A model generated the notes under the pieces. That model made no database searches. It worked only from the letters and a program-made list of their open reading frames with translations, and was not told the origin of the DNA. A stretch of 61,256 nucleotides of DNA, counting the filler, from a bacterium (GTDB lineage Bacteria > J088 > JAWLBW01), in NCBI GenBank assembly GCA_041690355.1. It is 4 parts of 4 records of this genome, joined end to end, with 100 filler letters (N's around TTAATTAATTAA, not from the genome) between each part and the next. Parts side by side here need not be neighbours in the genome. Positions count along the whole stretch, not along the records: positions 42,410 to 49,782 come from JAWLHK010000008.1; positions 49,883 to 61,256 come from JAWLHK010000038.1; 2 more parts are not named here. One strand, written 5' to 3'. Below, in pieces: positions 46,174 to 56,593 of this stretch (within the stretch, counting starts at the first letter, position 1; every line of letters starts with the position of its first letter). Made by a program: the position numbers and the translations under genes.

Positions 46174-49074
46174 ATGCTCGCTCTTCAACGCTCGCGCTCG
46201 CTTCTGCTGGTCACCGCCTTGGCGCTCGCCGCCTGCGGAACCGAAGTTCCGGTTCCCGCTACGGTCACGCAGGATGACGACGAGGATACGGCTACCGGAT
46301 CGTTGAGCGGCAGAGTGGAAGTCGAAGAGACCCTGCTGCCGAAGTCGGCCCCCGGCTTCCGCCCGATGGCGATCATCGGGCTCGAAGGGGCGACCGTGCA
46401 GGCCATTCGCGAAGGCGAGGTCATCGCCGAAACGACGACGGGCGCCGGTGGCGCCTGGGAAATCGCCGGACTCGAAGAGGGCACCTACGTCATCCGCGCG
46501 TTCCTGGCGACCGATGCGGGGGTCTTCTCCATCACGACCGATTCGGTTACGGTCGTGGCGGGCAACACGCTCGATCTCGGCAAGCTCACCCTCGAACTTA
46601 CGGGCGCCATCCAGGGGACCGTCGAACTCGACGACAAGGGAGACTGGAGCGAGATTCTCGTCTTCATCCCCGGAACCAGCTTCCTGTCCCTTACGGGATC
46701 GGACGGCAAGTTTACGCTGCTCTACGTGCCCGCCGGAACGTGGACGATCAAGGCGACGAAAGAAGGCTACAGCAGCGTGACCGTCGAGAACGTCACGGTC
46801 ACTGCCGGCGAAGCGACCAGCCTGCTGGACCGCATCGTCCTCTTCCCCACCGGTTCGATCAGCGACGCCGACGGAGACGGAATCGAAGACCTGCTCGACA
46901 ACTGCCCCGGCGTCCACAATCCGGAGCAGGAGGATTTCGATCTCGACAACTTCGGCGACGCCTGCGACCTGGACGACGACAACGATCTGCGGGCCGATAC
47001 CGTCGACGCATTTCCATTCGATCCGCTCGAGTGGCAGGACAGTGACGGCGACGGCGTCGGCAACAACGGTGACAATTGTCCGGAAGCGCACAACCCGGCG
47101 CAGGACGATCTTGACGACGACGGCGACGGGGACGCCTGCGACGCCGACGACGATGACGACGGCTACACCGACGCGGCCGAACTGCTCGCGGGGACCGATC
47201 CGAAGAGCGGCGGTTCTGTTCTTCCTGCTCCCGACACGACGATCACGTCGGCGCCCGAAGAGGTGACTTCAGATGTCACGGCGGTCTTCACGTTTACAAG
47301 CGATTCGCCGGCCTGGGCCCGCTTCGAGTGCAGCTTCGATGGCGAGCCGTGGATGACCTGCGTCTCGGGCAGCAGCTTCGGCCCCTTCGCGCCTGGCGAG
47401 CATACGATTCGCGTGCGCGCCGTCGATACCGCGGGAGTTGCCGACGCGACCCCGGCCGCGTACAGCTGGTGGGCGGATACGCTGTGGATCAGGGAAAACC
47501 GGTACACCTACGCAGGGGATGATGAAGCCTGCGAGACCGGCGACGACGTCCTCGGCAGCTACGAGCGCAGCGAATCCGACGGGCAGGGCCGCACGGTGCT
47601 GGAGATTTCGTACCGCGGTCCGGGTCTCGACGAGCAGTGGTTCACCGCTGACGACGAGCGCAGTCGCATGCATTCCTACGTCTACGAGGGGGACGAGCGG
47701 GTCCGCGAAGACAACATCGAGTATCCGGAATACGGGCCGTATCCCGAAGAATCCTGGGATGACTACGCCGGCTCCCGCGAAACATGGCTATCCCTCGCCG
47801 ACCGCGAGCGGCGTGTTCACTACACGAGCGCGGGATTTGACGATCTATGGGGAACCGCCGACGACGTCATCGGCGGATACGGCGAGTACTGGTCTGACGC
47901 GACCTCGAGCCATGAAGCGCTGTACGACGGTCGCGGCCAGGACGTGCTCTGGTTTACGGGCGATGATTCGCTGTACAGCAGGCGTTCGACCTATCGCCAC
48001 GAAGATGGTCGCTCCTGGCTTGAGCTCCAGTATGCGCGTGTCGAAACCGACGGCGTCGAGGTCGTGCAATTGGTCGGTCACACGATCTGGTATTACGACG
48101 CCCAATTGCGGCCTGTCCTGCAGGAGGTGCGGTCGTCCGCGGGACCGGACGATCAGTGGGTGACGGAAGACGACGTCGTCCACACCAGGCGCTTCTGGGA
48201 ATACGACGGAACCAACGGCAAGCTGCTCGTAACGTTCCAGTCCGAAGGGCCGGGTACTGACGGCGAGTGGGGAACCGAGGACGACCCCGTTTTCATGTAC
48301 GAGCGGTATGCCTACAACGCGACGGGCCAGGTCATCGCAGAAGAGCAATTTCGGCTCTCCACCTGGTGCGCAGGACCGTGTATCGGCGGGGATGATCTCT
48401 GGGGCACGGAGGACGACGAAATCGACTCCGGCACGTATACGACGTATGCACGGTCAGCCACCGGGTATGCTGCCTTTACCTATGGTGGCCCGGGCACGGA
48501 TACGGTCTGGAAGTCCGCAGACGACGTCGTGACCGTATTGGAAACCGGAGTCCGCGAGGAGTATGCCGGCGGCTTCACCGAGAGCATCGTCGACTATTCC
48601 GATCCGGGGGATGACGGGCTCTGGGGCACTGATGACGATATCGTCGACGAGGGGCGGTATGTCATGGTGACGGAGGGATCACCGGGAGTCCTTTGGAATG
48701 CAGGCGATGACTTTTTCGGTCTCTATGCCATGGCCGCGACCGTTGAGGCCGAACGGGTCCTGATCGGGATGGCCTTCTCCAATTTGTCGGCGTACTACGA
48801 GCTGTCTCTGGATCGCTTCGATATCTGGATCGGCCCCCCGGGGAGCCTCGACTGGGGTTCGGGCGATTTTTCGATGTACGGGTACTACCGCTTCGAACCG
48901 TTCACCGGCACGACCGCTTTTACAACCTGGCAGGAACGCGCGGTCAACGGCGAGGTCGTGATGGACCCCGGCCCCGACGGCCTCTGGCACACCGAAGACG
49001 ATGTCGCGGGAGTCATTGAAGAGGGTGGTTACGCTGCGCCGGGCTATCACGTACAGACGTTCTGCAGCCCCTGA
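46174..49074 (+). CDS. Large surface lipoprotein: carboxypeptidase-regulatory-like domains, thrombospondin type-3 repeats, Ig-like domain, about 10 GxDxxWxTxDD repeats
   Basis: Lipobox LAAC; DNCP...N..Q.D.D.D..GDACD; PDTTIT; repeated acidic Trp motifs. Confidence 0.8.
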   Translation: MLALQRSRSLLLVTALALAACGTEVPVPATVTQDDDEDTATGSLSGRVEVEETLLPKSAPGFRPMAIIGLEGATVQAIREGEVIAETTTGAGGAWEIAGLEEGTYVIRAFLATDAGVFSITTDSVTVVAGNTLDLGKLTLELTGAIQGTVELDDKGDWSEILVFIPGTSFLSLTGSDGKFTLLYVPAGTWTIKATKEGYSSVTVENVTVTAGEATSLLDRIVLFPTGSISDADGDGIEDLLDNCPGVHNPEQEDFDLDNFGDACDLDDDNDLRADTVDAFPFDPLEWQDSDGDGVGNNGDNCPEAHNPAQDDLDDDGDGDACDADDDDDGYTDAAELLAGTDPKSGGSVLPAPDTTITSAPEEVTSDVTAVFTFTSDSPAWARFECSFDGEPWMTCVSGSSFGPFAPGEHTIRVRAVDTAGVADATPAAYSWWADTLWIRENRYTYAGDDEACETGDDVLGSYERSESDGQGRTVLEISYRGPGLDEQWFTADDERSRMHSYVYEGDERVREDNIEYPEYGPYPEESWDDYAGSRETWLSLADRERRVHYTSAGFDDLWGTADDVIGGYGEYWSDATSSHEALYDGRGQDVLWFTGDDSLYSRRSTYRHEDGRSWLELQYARVETDGVEVVQLVGHTIWYYDAQLRPVLQEVRSSAGPDDQWVTEDDVVHTRRFWEYDGTNGKLLVTFQSEGPGTDGEWGTEDDPVFMYERYAYNATGQVIAEEQFRLSTWCAGPCIGGDDLWGTEDDEIDSGTYTTYARSATGYAAFTYGGPGTDTVWKSADDVVTVLETGVREEYAGGFTESIVDYSDPGDDGLWGTDDDIVDEGRYVMVTEGSPGVLWNAGDDFFGLYAMAATVEAERVLIGMAFSNLSAYYELSLDRFDIWIGPPGSLDWGSGDFSMYGYYRFEPFTGTTAFTTWQERAVNGEVVMDPGPDGLWHTEDDVAGVIEEGGYAAPGYHVQTFCSP

Positions 49075-49191
49075 GGGTTGCGCGGTCACGATCCGAGCAG
49101 AGGCCTGAAGAAGAAGTCATCGATTGGACAGCCTCTGTCCCGGATCGCCCCCATAGTGGAATCCAGTGTTCCTGCGGGCGTTGGTTCCACG

Positions 49192-49242
49192 ATGCCGCCG
49201 AAAATCCGCGATATAATTGCGGCGGGCGCAGATCGACCCTGA
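49192..49242 (+). pseudogene. Internally deleted HicA toxin remnant
   Basis: MPPKIRDIIA start resembles HicA, but the frame ends after 16 codons directly before hicB. Confidence 0.55.
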
Positions 49243-49247
49243 GAACC

Positions 49248-49508
49248 ATGACTGACTACGCCATCGTCATCGAAAAAAGCGGACAGGGCTACGGCGCCTG
49301 GGTGCCGGATCTGCCCGGCTGTATCGCGACGGGCTCAACCGAACGGGAAGTCCGCACACGGATTGCCGAAGCCATCCGCCTTCACCTCGAAGGATTGCGC
49401 GAAGACGGCCACGCCGTTCCATCGCCCACGACCAGGGTCGGCTACGCCGATGGGACCGCGGTCGCCGAGTCTCAGGAGTCCTACCCGAAGACAACGTCAG
49501 GCAAGTAG
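49248..49508 (+). CDS. hicB: HicB family antitoxin
   Basis: YAIVIEK...YGAWVPDLPGCIATG.T..E....I.EAI..HLEGL...G..VP.P. Confidence 0.92.
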   Translation: MTDYAIVIEKSGQGYGAWVPDLPGCIATGSTEREVRTRIAEAIRLHLEGLREDGHAVPSPTTRVGYADGTAVAESQESYPKTTSGK

Positions 49509-49586
49509 TTCGGGGAGCCGGCTCCATCCGAGTATCGCGCGGTGCCAGCGACCCCACCCTTCCCCCGGGGACGCTATGGGGAATCC

Positions 49587-49782
49587 TTAAACCGCCGACC
49601 CCATCGCCTCGCGCCGCAGCGCTTCAATGTCCTCGATGCGCTTCGGAACAGCGGCCGTCATATTGCGGTGGCCGTCTGCCGTGATGAGGATGTCGTCTTC
49701 GATGCGGATGCCGATGCCGTGGAATTCCGCGGGCGTGTCGCTCGAGGGGTGGAAGTAAAGCCCCGGCTCGACCGTGAACAGC
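49587..49782 (-). CDS. pepP: Xaa-Pro aminopeptidase C-terminus (5' partial; not in the ORF track)
   Basis: Minus strand reads FTVEPGLYF...GIGIRIEDDILITADGHRNMTAAVPKRIEDIEAL. Confidence 0.9.
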
Positions 49783-49882
49783 NNNNNNNNNNNNNNNNNN
49801 NNNNNNNNNNNNNNNNNNNNNNNNNNTTAATTAATTAANNNNNNNNNNNNNNNNNNNNNNNNNNNNNNNNNNNNNNNNNNNN
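49783..49882. other. Artificial contig linker
   Basis: N44-TTAATTAATTAA-N44. Confidence 0.98.
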
Positions 49883-49904
49883 ACACATGCCCCAACCAGA
49901 CAAC

Positions 49905-51556
<1,652 letters not shown>

Positions 51557-51560
<4 letters not shown>

Positions 51561-51736
51561 GGTCCCGGACTCCTCTGCTCGCGCGCCTCCTCGGCCCGCT
51601 CCAGCTCCTCAAGCCACTCCGCCGCCGCCTGGCGCGCCAGCACCCGCGCCAGCTCAAGCACCGCCTCGGGCGGCTCCTCGGGTCGGGTGGGGGCGCCGCC
51701 GCGCGACGGCTTGATGTTGTGCGCGTTCCGGGTCAT
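51557..51736 (-). CDS. 59-aa protein translationally coupled to the recombinase (not in the ORF track)
   Basis: MTRNAHN...AVLELARVLARQAAAEWLEELER; ATGA overlap with the recombinase start. Confidence 0.6.
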
Positions 51737-51796
51737 GGCGAGGCTTTTCCCGGATCCGCGCCTGCACGAAAAAGTGCGAAATAATCACAAAACCCC

Positions 51797-52579
51797 TCAC
51801 GAAACCTCCCGGCGCCGTCGGCGTTGGAAATCGAAGCGCCGGCCGAGCACGTTGCGGATGGTTTCCTCCTTGGGCAGATCGTTCTCGCCCGTCGGCAGCC
51901 CCTCTTGCGCCAGCGTCTGGCGCAGCCACGCCCGCAGCCAGCGCGCCTCGCCCATGGCGCTGCCCACGACCTTGCCGGTGCGGACGCGCTCCTCGAATTT
52001 GGCCAGGTAGCGGTCGGCGTATTTGCGCGGGCGCCCCGGGCGTCGCTCCGCCACCGCCACCGCGGCGTCGACGCCGTGCTCGGTCAGGCGCCGGCGCAGC
52101 ACCTCGGGCTCGAGGAAATCGTGGCGCCGGCAGACCTCCCGCAGGTGGCGCAGGGGCAGGATGAGGCGCCCGATCAGTGTCCGACCGGGGGCGGGGTAGT
52201 CCGCCCACGCCACGGCGGTCAGGCTCAGGAACAGCGCGCGGGCGGCGTCGGGGTCGCCGTCCATGCGTCGGGCGAGCGAGCGCGCCGCCGCCGGCAGACC
52301 GTCGCACCAGGTGAGACCGTGCACGATGTCGTGGCGGGTGACCGGCTGGGGCTGCGGCGCCACCTCCCCACCCAGCAGCGGGTGCGCCACCACCGCATGC
52401 GGATGGCAGTCGGGGCCGAGGTCGCCGTCGCAGGCGTAGAATGAGTCCCGCCAGAGCTCGCGCACGAGGGCGTCGCGGAGGACGGCGACCGCGATGCCGC
52501 GACCGCCGTTGTCCCACGCCAGCGCCTTCACGAACGCAGCGAACGCTAAGGGCGAGTCAGACTCCCTGAAGAAGCTCAT
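51797..52579 (-). CDS. Hypothetical protein, possible C-terminal DNA-binding region
   Basis: Start overlaps the upstream stop; RRPGRPRK and LPKEETIRNVL near the C-terminus. Confidence 0.55.
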   Translation of the reverse strand: MSFFRESDSPLAFAAFVKALAWDNGGRGIAVAVLRDALVRELWRDSFYACDGDLGPDCHPHAVVAHPLLGGEVAPQPQPVTRHDIVHGLTWCDGLPAAARSLARRMDGDPDAARALFLSLTAVAWADYPAPGRTLIGRLILPLRHLREVCRRHDFLEPEVLRRRLTEHGVDAAVAVAERRPGRPRKYADRYLAKFEERVRTGKVVGSAMGEARWLRAWLRQTLAQEGLPTGENDLPKEETIRNVLGRRFDFQRRRRREVS

Positions 52580-52926
52580 CACCCGCGATGGTAGGGCGTC
52601 GCCGGCGCCTCGACCAGGGCGCGCCGCACGTTGCGCAGAACCGCCAACACGATGGGCGGGTGGTTCCAGTCGTCCTCGAGCTCCTCCACGGCGAAATCCA
52701 GCGCCGCGAGGGTGTCCTCGGGGCTCGTCGGACGCAGGCGCGCCACGTCCTCCGCCGCCGCGTCCACGGCGCGGTCGAGCCACTCGAGCGTATCGTCGTC
52801 GGGCAGGAGAGTGATGTCGAAGCCGCGCAGGTCCCGGTAGCGCGTGATCGTGCTCGCCATCGACGAGGCGGAAGCGTCGTTGACAGCAGGGTAGGGGGTG
52901 TAGGAAGAGAAATCAGCCTTGCGCAT
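52579..52926 (-). CDS. Hypothetical acidic helical protein
   Basis: GAGGTG RBS before MRKADF; coupled to the next ORF. Confidence 0.5.
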   Translation of the reverse strand: MRKADFSSYTPYPAVNDASASSMASTITRYRDLRGFDITLLPDDDTLEWLDRAVDAAAEDVARLRPTSPEDTLAALDFAVEELEDDWNHPPIVLAVLRNVRRALVEAPATPYHRG

Positions 52927-53165
52927 GATGGTCACCTCATCGTGTGTGGGGTCAGGCCATCGTCGCGGCGGCAACCGCGGCGGTGGCCGATTTACTGTCG
53001 GGGCACCGAGAATTTCCTCAAGCACCAACCCAGTAATTATAGCCGGTTGCGCGGGCGTGGCCAAGGCCCGGCGCGTTTTTGTTTTGCGGGGACTGCAGGT
53101 CGCGCAGGTAGTTGTCAGGCGCTCCAAGATCTGGGGGCGCGGCGCCATATGTCCCGACTAACGGG

Positions 53166-53369
53166 CGTGACGATGTCACGTCGTGGAATGCGCCACGCCG
53201 TCGCGTGACCACGTCACGACCCTTGTTCCCGGTCTCGCGGACGCTTAACGACCGGGGCGACTTCCGCCTGCCGCCCCCAGTGACCGATGGTAGCCAGCGC
53301 TTCTCCCTTCCGGATCGCCAACCCCATTCCCTCGTCCCCCCCTTGATCTCCGGTTGTGACGCGGTCACG
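53166..53369. promoter_or_regulatory. Three GTGAC-N3-GTCAC palindromes in the divergent promoter region
   Basis: At 53166-53180, 53204-53218 and 53355-53369; a fourth copy lies at 59476-59490. Confidence 0.65.
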
Positions 53370-53397
53370 CTACCACCGTTGGGATTGGGAGGGGGCG

Positions 53398-55245
53398 ATG
53401 AGCAACAGAAAAAAGGAGCCGAGGGAGCGGGTGCGCGCGCGCAAACGTCGCGAGCGCGAAAGGCGCAGAAACGCCGGCGCCCAACGCAAGGTAGTGTCGA
53501 TAGATCACGTCGCTCACGCAAGTCTCAAGGGACTCGCCGACCTTTGGGACTGCGACATACAGACCGCGACCTCGCATCTCTCGAAGTGGGCTTATTTCCG
53601 GATGGAGAGGGCGCGCCGGAAGAACCAGAAGACTCCCATACCACCGCCGGAAGCCGCTTCACCACGACGAAAGAGCGACGACACGATCCGGGGGCGCGTC
53701 CACTACCTGTCCCTGTTTTCCGGCGTCGAGTGTCTCATGCATGCGGTTAGCCACTACTGGCGCTGCTGGGGCGTTGCGCAGTTCGACCCCAAGGACGGAA
53801 CGAAGCAGTTCGCCGCCCGCGTGCTGGCACGGCGTCTGCCGAGGGGCGTGGAGAACCTCGGCGATGTCACGAAGCTTCAGCCGAACTTCATCGGGGACAT
53901 CGACTTAATCGTCGGCGGCAGCCCGTGTCAGTCCTTCAGCCGCGCCGGCGCCAGGAACGCGATGACGGATCCGCGCGGCCGGCTGACGCGGGTGTTCATG
54001 GAACTGGCGATGAATGCGAAGGGGGCGTCGTCGCTGGCAGACACGCCCGGTGTACCGATGATCCTTTGGGAGAACGTGCCCGACGTGTTGCTAAACAAGA
54101 AAAACAGGACTACCGGGCGCAAACGCAGCCCCGACGAGCATCCATTTTGCATCATCCTCGGCATGCTGGGCGGGGCGGATGATGGAGCGCCTTTGTCCTT
54201 TCCCGACGAGACCATGACCTGGCCGAAGACCGGCTACTATATCGGCCCGCAACGACGCGTGGCCTGGCGGGTGCTTGACGCATCGCTGTTCGGGCTGCCG
54301 CAGCAGCGGCAGAGGCTGTTCCTGGTGGCGACGCGCAACGGCGACGGTTTGGAGCCGATCAACTGCCTCTTCGACAAGCCGCCTCCGCTCGGACCGCCGC
54401 TCGAGACACCGCAGGGAGAACTCTATCTGCTCCCCGAGGGCTCTATGGGGCCAAGCGAACCAGTCTCCTGGAGTTTCGAGGAAGTCTTCGAGTGCAACCC
54501 GGAGCGGGAGGCAAGATTTGCGCTTGACCCCGACTCGGCGCGGACGATCCGGGAGAACGCCCTGAAAGCGTTCAAGAAATATCGGAAGAACCCGGAAGCG
54601 GAGAAGCAGAGGAACCGATGGATACTGAACGCCCTGGCGCGGGTGGCGCAAGGGCGGGAGATAGACCCCGCGGCGGTTCCCGGCGATGCGGTGCTGGTGG
54701 ACGTCTATGGGATGAACGGGCGCATCTCGACCCGCATCGATAAAGCCGCCTGCACGGTTACGGCGGCCTACGGCGACTTGCACCGACCCAACCGGCCCAT
54801 CGTGGCGCGACGGGAGGAGGGTCGCGCTTGGCTGCGCTGGCTGATGCCGGTGGAGGCTGAGCGCTTGATGGGCCTGCCCGACAACTGGACGCGATTACCC
54901 GACATTCCCGAGGAGGAGCAGGACGGAGACCGCTTCCGCGCCATCGGCAACGGGATCGCCGTGCCGCCGTTGCGCTGGATCTGCGAGCGCATCGAGGCGG
55001 AGTTCGGGCGGGTGAGGGCGGCGGGTGTTTATGAGACGGACCCGGCGGCGTATGTGTTTAATCCCCTCACCAGGGACATGACCGCCCCCATGCAGGTGAA
55101 GGAGGAGGTGCCGCCCACCGGCATCGCGCGGCTGGTGAGGCTTGATCGTCAGGACCGGATTTACGACGAGCGGCTGGACACTGAATTTGCCTTGATAGCG
55201 GGAATGGGTGCGCCGAAGAAGAAGGGGAAGAAGCGGGGGAAATGA
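53398..55245 (+). CDS. Orphan DNA cytosine-5 methyltransferase with N- and C-terminal extensions
   Basis: LSLFSGVE (I), GDVT (III), GGSPCQSFS (IV), WENVP (VI), QQRQRLF (VIII), RWLMPVEAERLMGLP (IX), AIGNGIAVP (X). Confidence 0.9.
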   Translation: MSNRKKEPRERVRARKRRERERRRNAGAQRKVVSIDHVAHASLKGLADLWDCDIQTATSHLSKWAYFRMERARRKNQKTPIPPPEAASPRRKSDDTIRGRVHYLSLFSGVECLMHAVSHYWRCWGVAQFDPKDGTKQFAARVLARRLPRGVENLGDVTKLQPNFIGDIDLIVGGSPCQSFSRAGARNAMTDPRGRLTRVFMELAMNAKGASSLADTPGVPMILWENVPDVLLNKKNRTTGRKRSPDEHPFCIILGMLGGADDGAPLSFPDETMTWPKTGYYIGPQRRVAWRVLDASLFGLPQQRQRLFLVATRNGDGLEPINCLFDKPPPLGPPLETPQGELYLLPEGSMGPSEPVSWSFEEVFECNPEREARFALDPDSARTIRENALKAFKKYRKNPEAEKQRNRWILNALARVAQGREIDPAAVPGDAVLVDVYGMNGRISTRIDKAACTVTAAYGDLHRPNRPIVARREEGRAWLRWLMPVEAERLMGLPDNWTRLPDIPEEEQDGDRFRAIGNGIAVPPLRWICERIEAEFGRVRAAGVYETDPAAYVFNPLTRDMTAPMQVKEEVPPTGIARLVRLDRQDRIYDERLDTEFALIAGMGAPKKKGKKRGK

Positions 55246-55286
55246 ACGGTCGATCGCGCCGAAACGCGCAGCCTCGGACCCCAAAG

Positions 55287-55370
55287 CACCACCGCGCCCA
55301 GCAGCCCCGCCTCGGTCACCGCCTGCTCGCGGGTGGCGGCGCCCAGCTTCCGCTTGGCGTTGGCAATGTC
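55287..55370 (-). pseudogene. Remnant of a LuxR-type HTH C-terminus
   Basis: DIANAKRKLGAATREQAVTEAGLLGAVV versus the neighbouring LuxR ENAKRKLGVFNRTHAVVKAIMLG; in-frame stop upstream and no start. Confidence 0.55.
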
Positions 55371-55438
55371 AGCCGGCGGCCGCCCTCGGGCATGGCGGGG
55401 TTACCGGCGTCGACGTCCAGCCCCCACAGCAGCGGCCG

Positions 55439-55621
55439 CTACTCCCGGTCGTCGGGATGTTCATCGGTGAGGGCGGTTTCGGCCCGCCTCAGATACCCTG
55501 CCACCTCCTGAAGCCCAAGCCGCTCGGCCTGGTGGACCAGATAGAGAAGGGCCGAACGCAGGGCGCTGCGTTCGTCCGGTTCGTGGTTGTGATCAGGCCG
55601 CACGATATCCCCACACTTCAC
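55439..55621 (-). CDS. 60-aa protein A, paralog of 57223-57405
   Basis: Shares L.SAL.YL...A.R....EV.........AL with protein B; GTG start uncertain. Confidence 0.65.
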   Translation of the reverse strand: MKCGDIVRPDHNHEPDERSALRSALLYLVHQAERLGLQEVAGYLRRAETALTDEHPDDRE

Positions 55622-55663
55622 CCATGGTCGGCCTCATCATGGCGCGTGAGGTGATGCTTTTGA

Positions 55664-55683
55664 CCCCGGCAAATTTACCAGGG
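55664..55683. promoter_or_regulatory. Putative lux box 1
   Basis: CCCCGGCAAATTTACCAGGG, imperfect 20-bp palindrome between divergent protein A and luxR; 15/20 identical to box 2. Confidence 0.55.
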
Positions 55684-55743
55684 GTTGCCCGCTGGCCTCC
55701 GATGGGGGAACCTATGCCAAGGCTTCGCCTTGGAGTAGGCGCC

Positions 55744-56481
55744 ATGCACATCGAGGCGCACGACCTCCTTCAGCGGTTCATCGAGCGCCTGAAGGCGGCG
55801 GAAGACCCGGAGGAGTTGGAACGAGTCTTTCAGGAGACGGTGGCGGAGCTCGGCTTCAAGTACTTCGCCTACCACGTCGTGTCGATCGGCGGCGTGGGCG
55901 ATCGCCTCCCCTACGCCATCACCAACTACGCCGACGAATGGGCCAGGCGGTACGTCCACGCCGGTTATCTGCAAATCGACCCGGTCACCGGCGAGGCGCC
56001 GCATCGGGTGGTGCCCTACGGCTGGCGGGAACTGATGGCGCCGGAGCGTCTGACGCCGCTACAGCGCCAGATGTTCTTCGAAGCGGAAGACTTCGGCATT
56101 TGCGATGGCCTCACCATCCCGATGCACGGCCATGGCCGCGAGTTCGCCACCATGTCGCTCGTGCCCGACGGCAAGGCACCGTCGGCGGATATCCATCTCC
56201 TGCATCTGCTGTCGCTGTACTACCACCAGCACAGCCGTTCCATTTTGCTGGAGCGTGCAATGAGTCCGCCGCGGGCGAAGGCACTGCTGTCGCCGCGGGA
56301 GAAGGAAACCCTGCAATGGGTGGCGGTCGGCAAGAGTGCCTGGGAGATCTCCGAGATCCTGGGCATTGCCGAGAAAAGCGTCGAATTCCACGTTGAGAAC
56401 GCCAAACGCAAACTGGGCGTCTTCAACCGGACGCACGCCGTCGTCAAGGCGATCATGCTGGGCCTGATCCAGGGCCAGTGA
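55744..56481 (+). CDS. luxR: LuxR family AHL-binding transcriptional regulator
   Basis: Y..EW..RY, IDPV, PYGW and DGLTIP in the autoinducer domain; LSPREKE.L.W...GKS..EI..IL HTH. Confidence 0.95.
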   Translation: MHIEAHDLLQRFIERLKAAEDPEELERVFQETVAELGFKYFAYHVVSIGGVGDRLPYAITNYADEWARRYVHAGYLQIDPVTGEAPHRVVPYGWRELMAPERLTPLQRQMFFEAEDFGICDGLTIPMHGHGREFATMSLVPDGKAPSADIHLLHLLSLYYHQHSRSILLERAMSPPRAKALLSPREKETLQWVAVGKSAWEISEILGIAEKSVEFHVENAKRKLGVFNRTHAVVKAIMLGLIQGQ

Positions 56482-56493
56482 CCGCCGTTATTC

Positions 56494-56513
56494 CCCTGGC
56501 GTTTTTCCCAGGG
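56494..56513. promoter_or_regulatory. Putative lux box 2 upstream of luxI
   Basis: CCCTGGCGTTTTTCCCAGGG fits NNCT-N12-AGNN; TAATAT -10 candidate at 56541. Confidence 0.65.
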
Positions 56514-56593
56514 GGAATAACCGGGGGGAAACCACCCAGCTAATATCCAAGAGGGCATCAGGCACATGCTCTCTGGCGCCAAACGCCAGGGAG

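Noticed and set aside
49542-49838. Plus-strand ORF in the track
   Set aside because: It is the antisense of the pepP 3' end and runs into the linker
53398-55245. Complete restriction-modification system
   Set aside because: No recognisable endonuclease nearby; the flanking hypotheticals show no nuclease motif that I can identify
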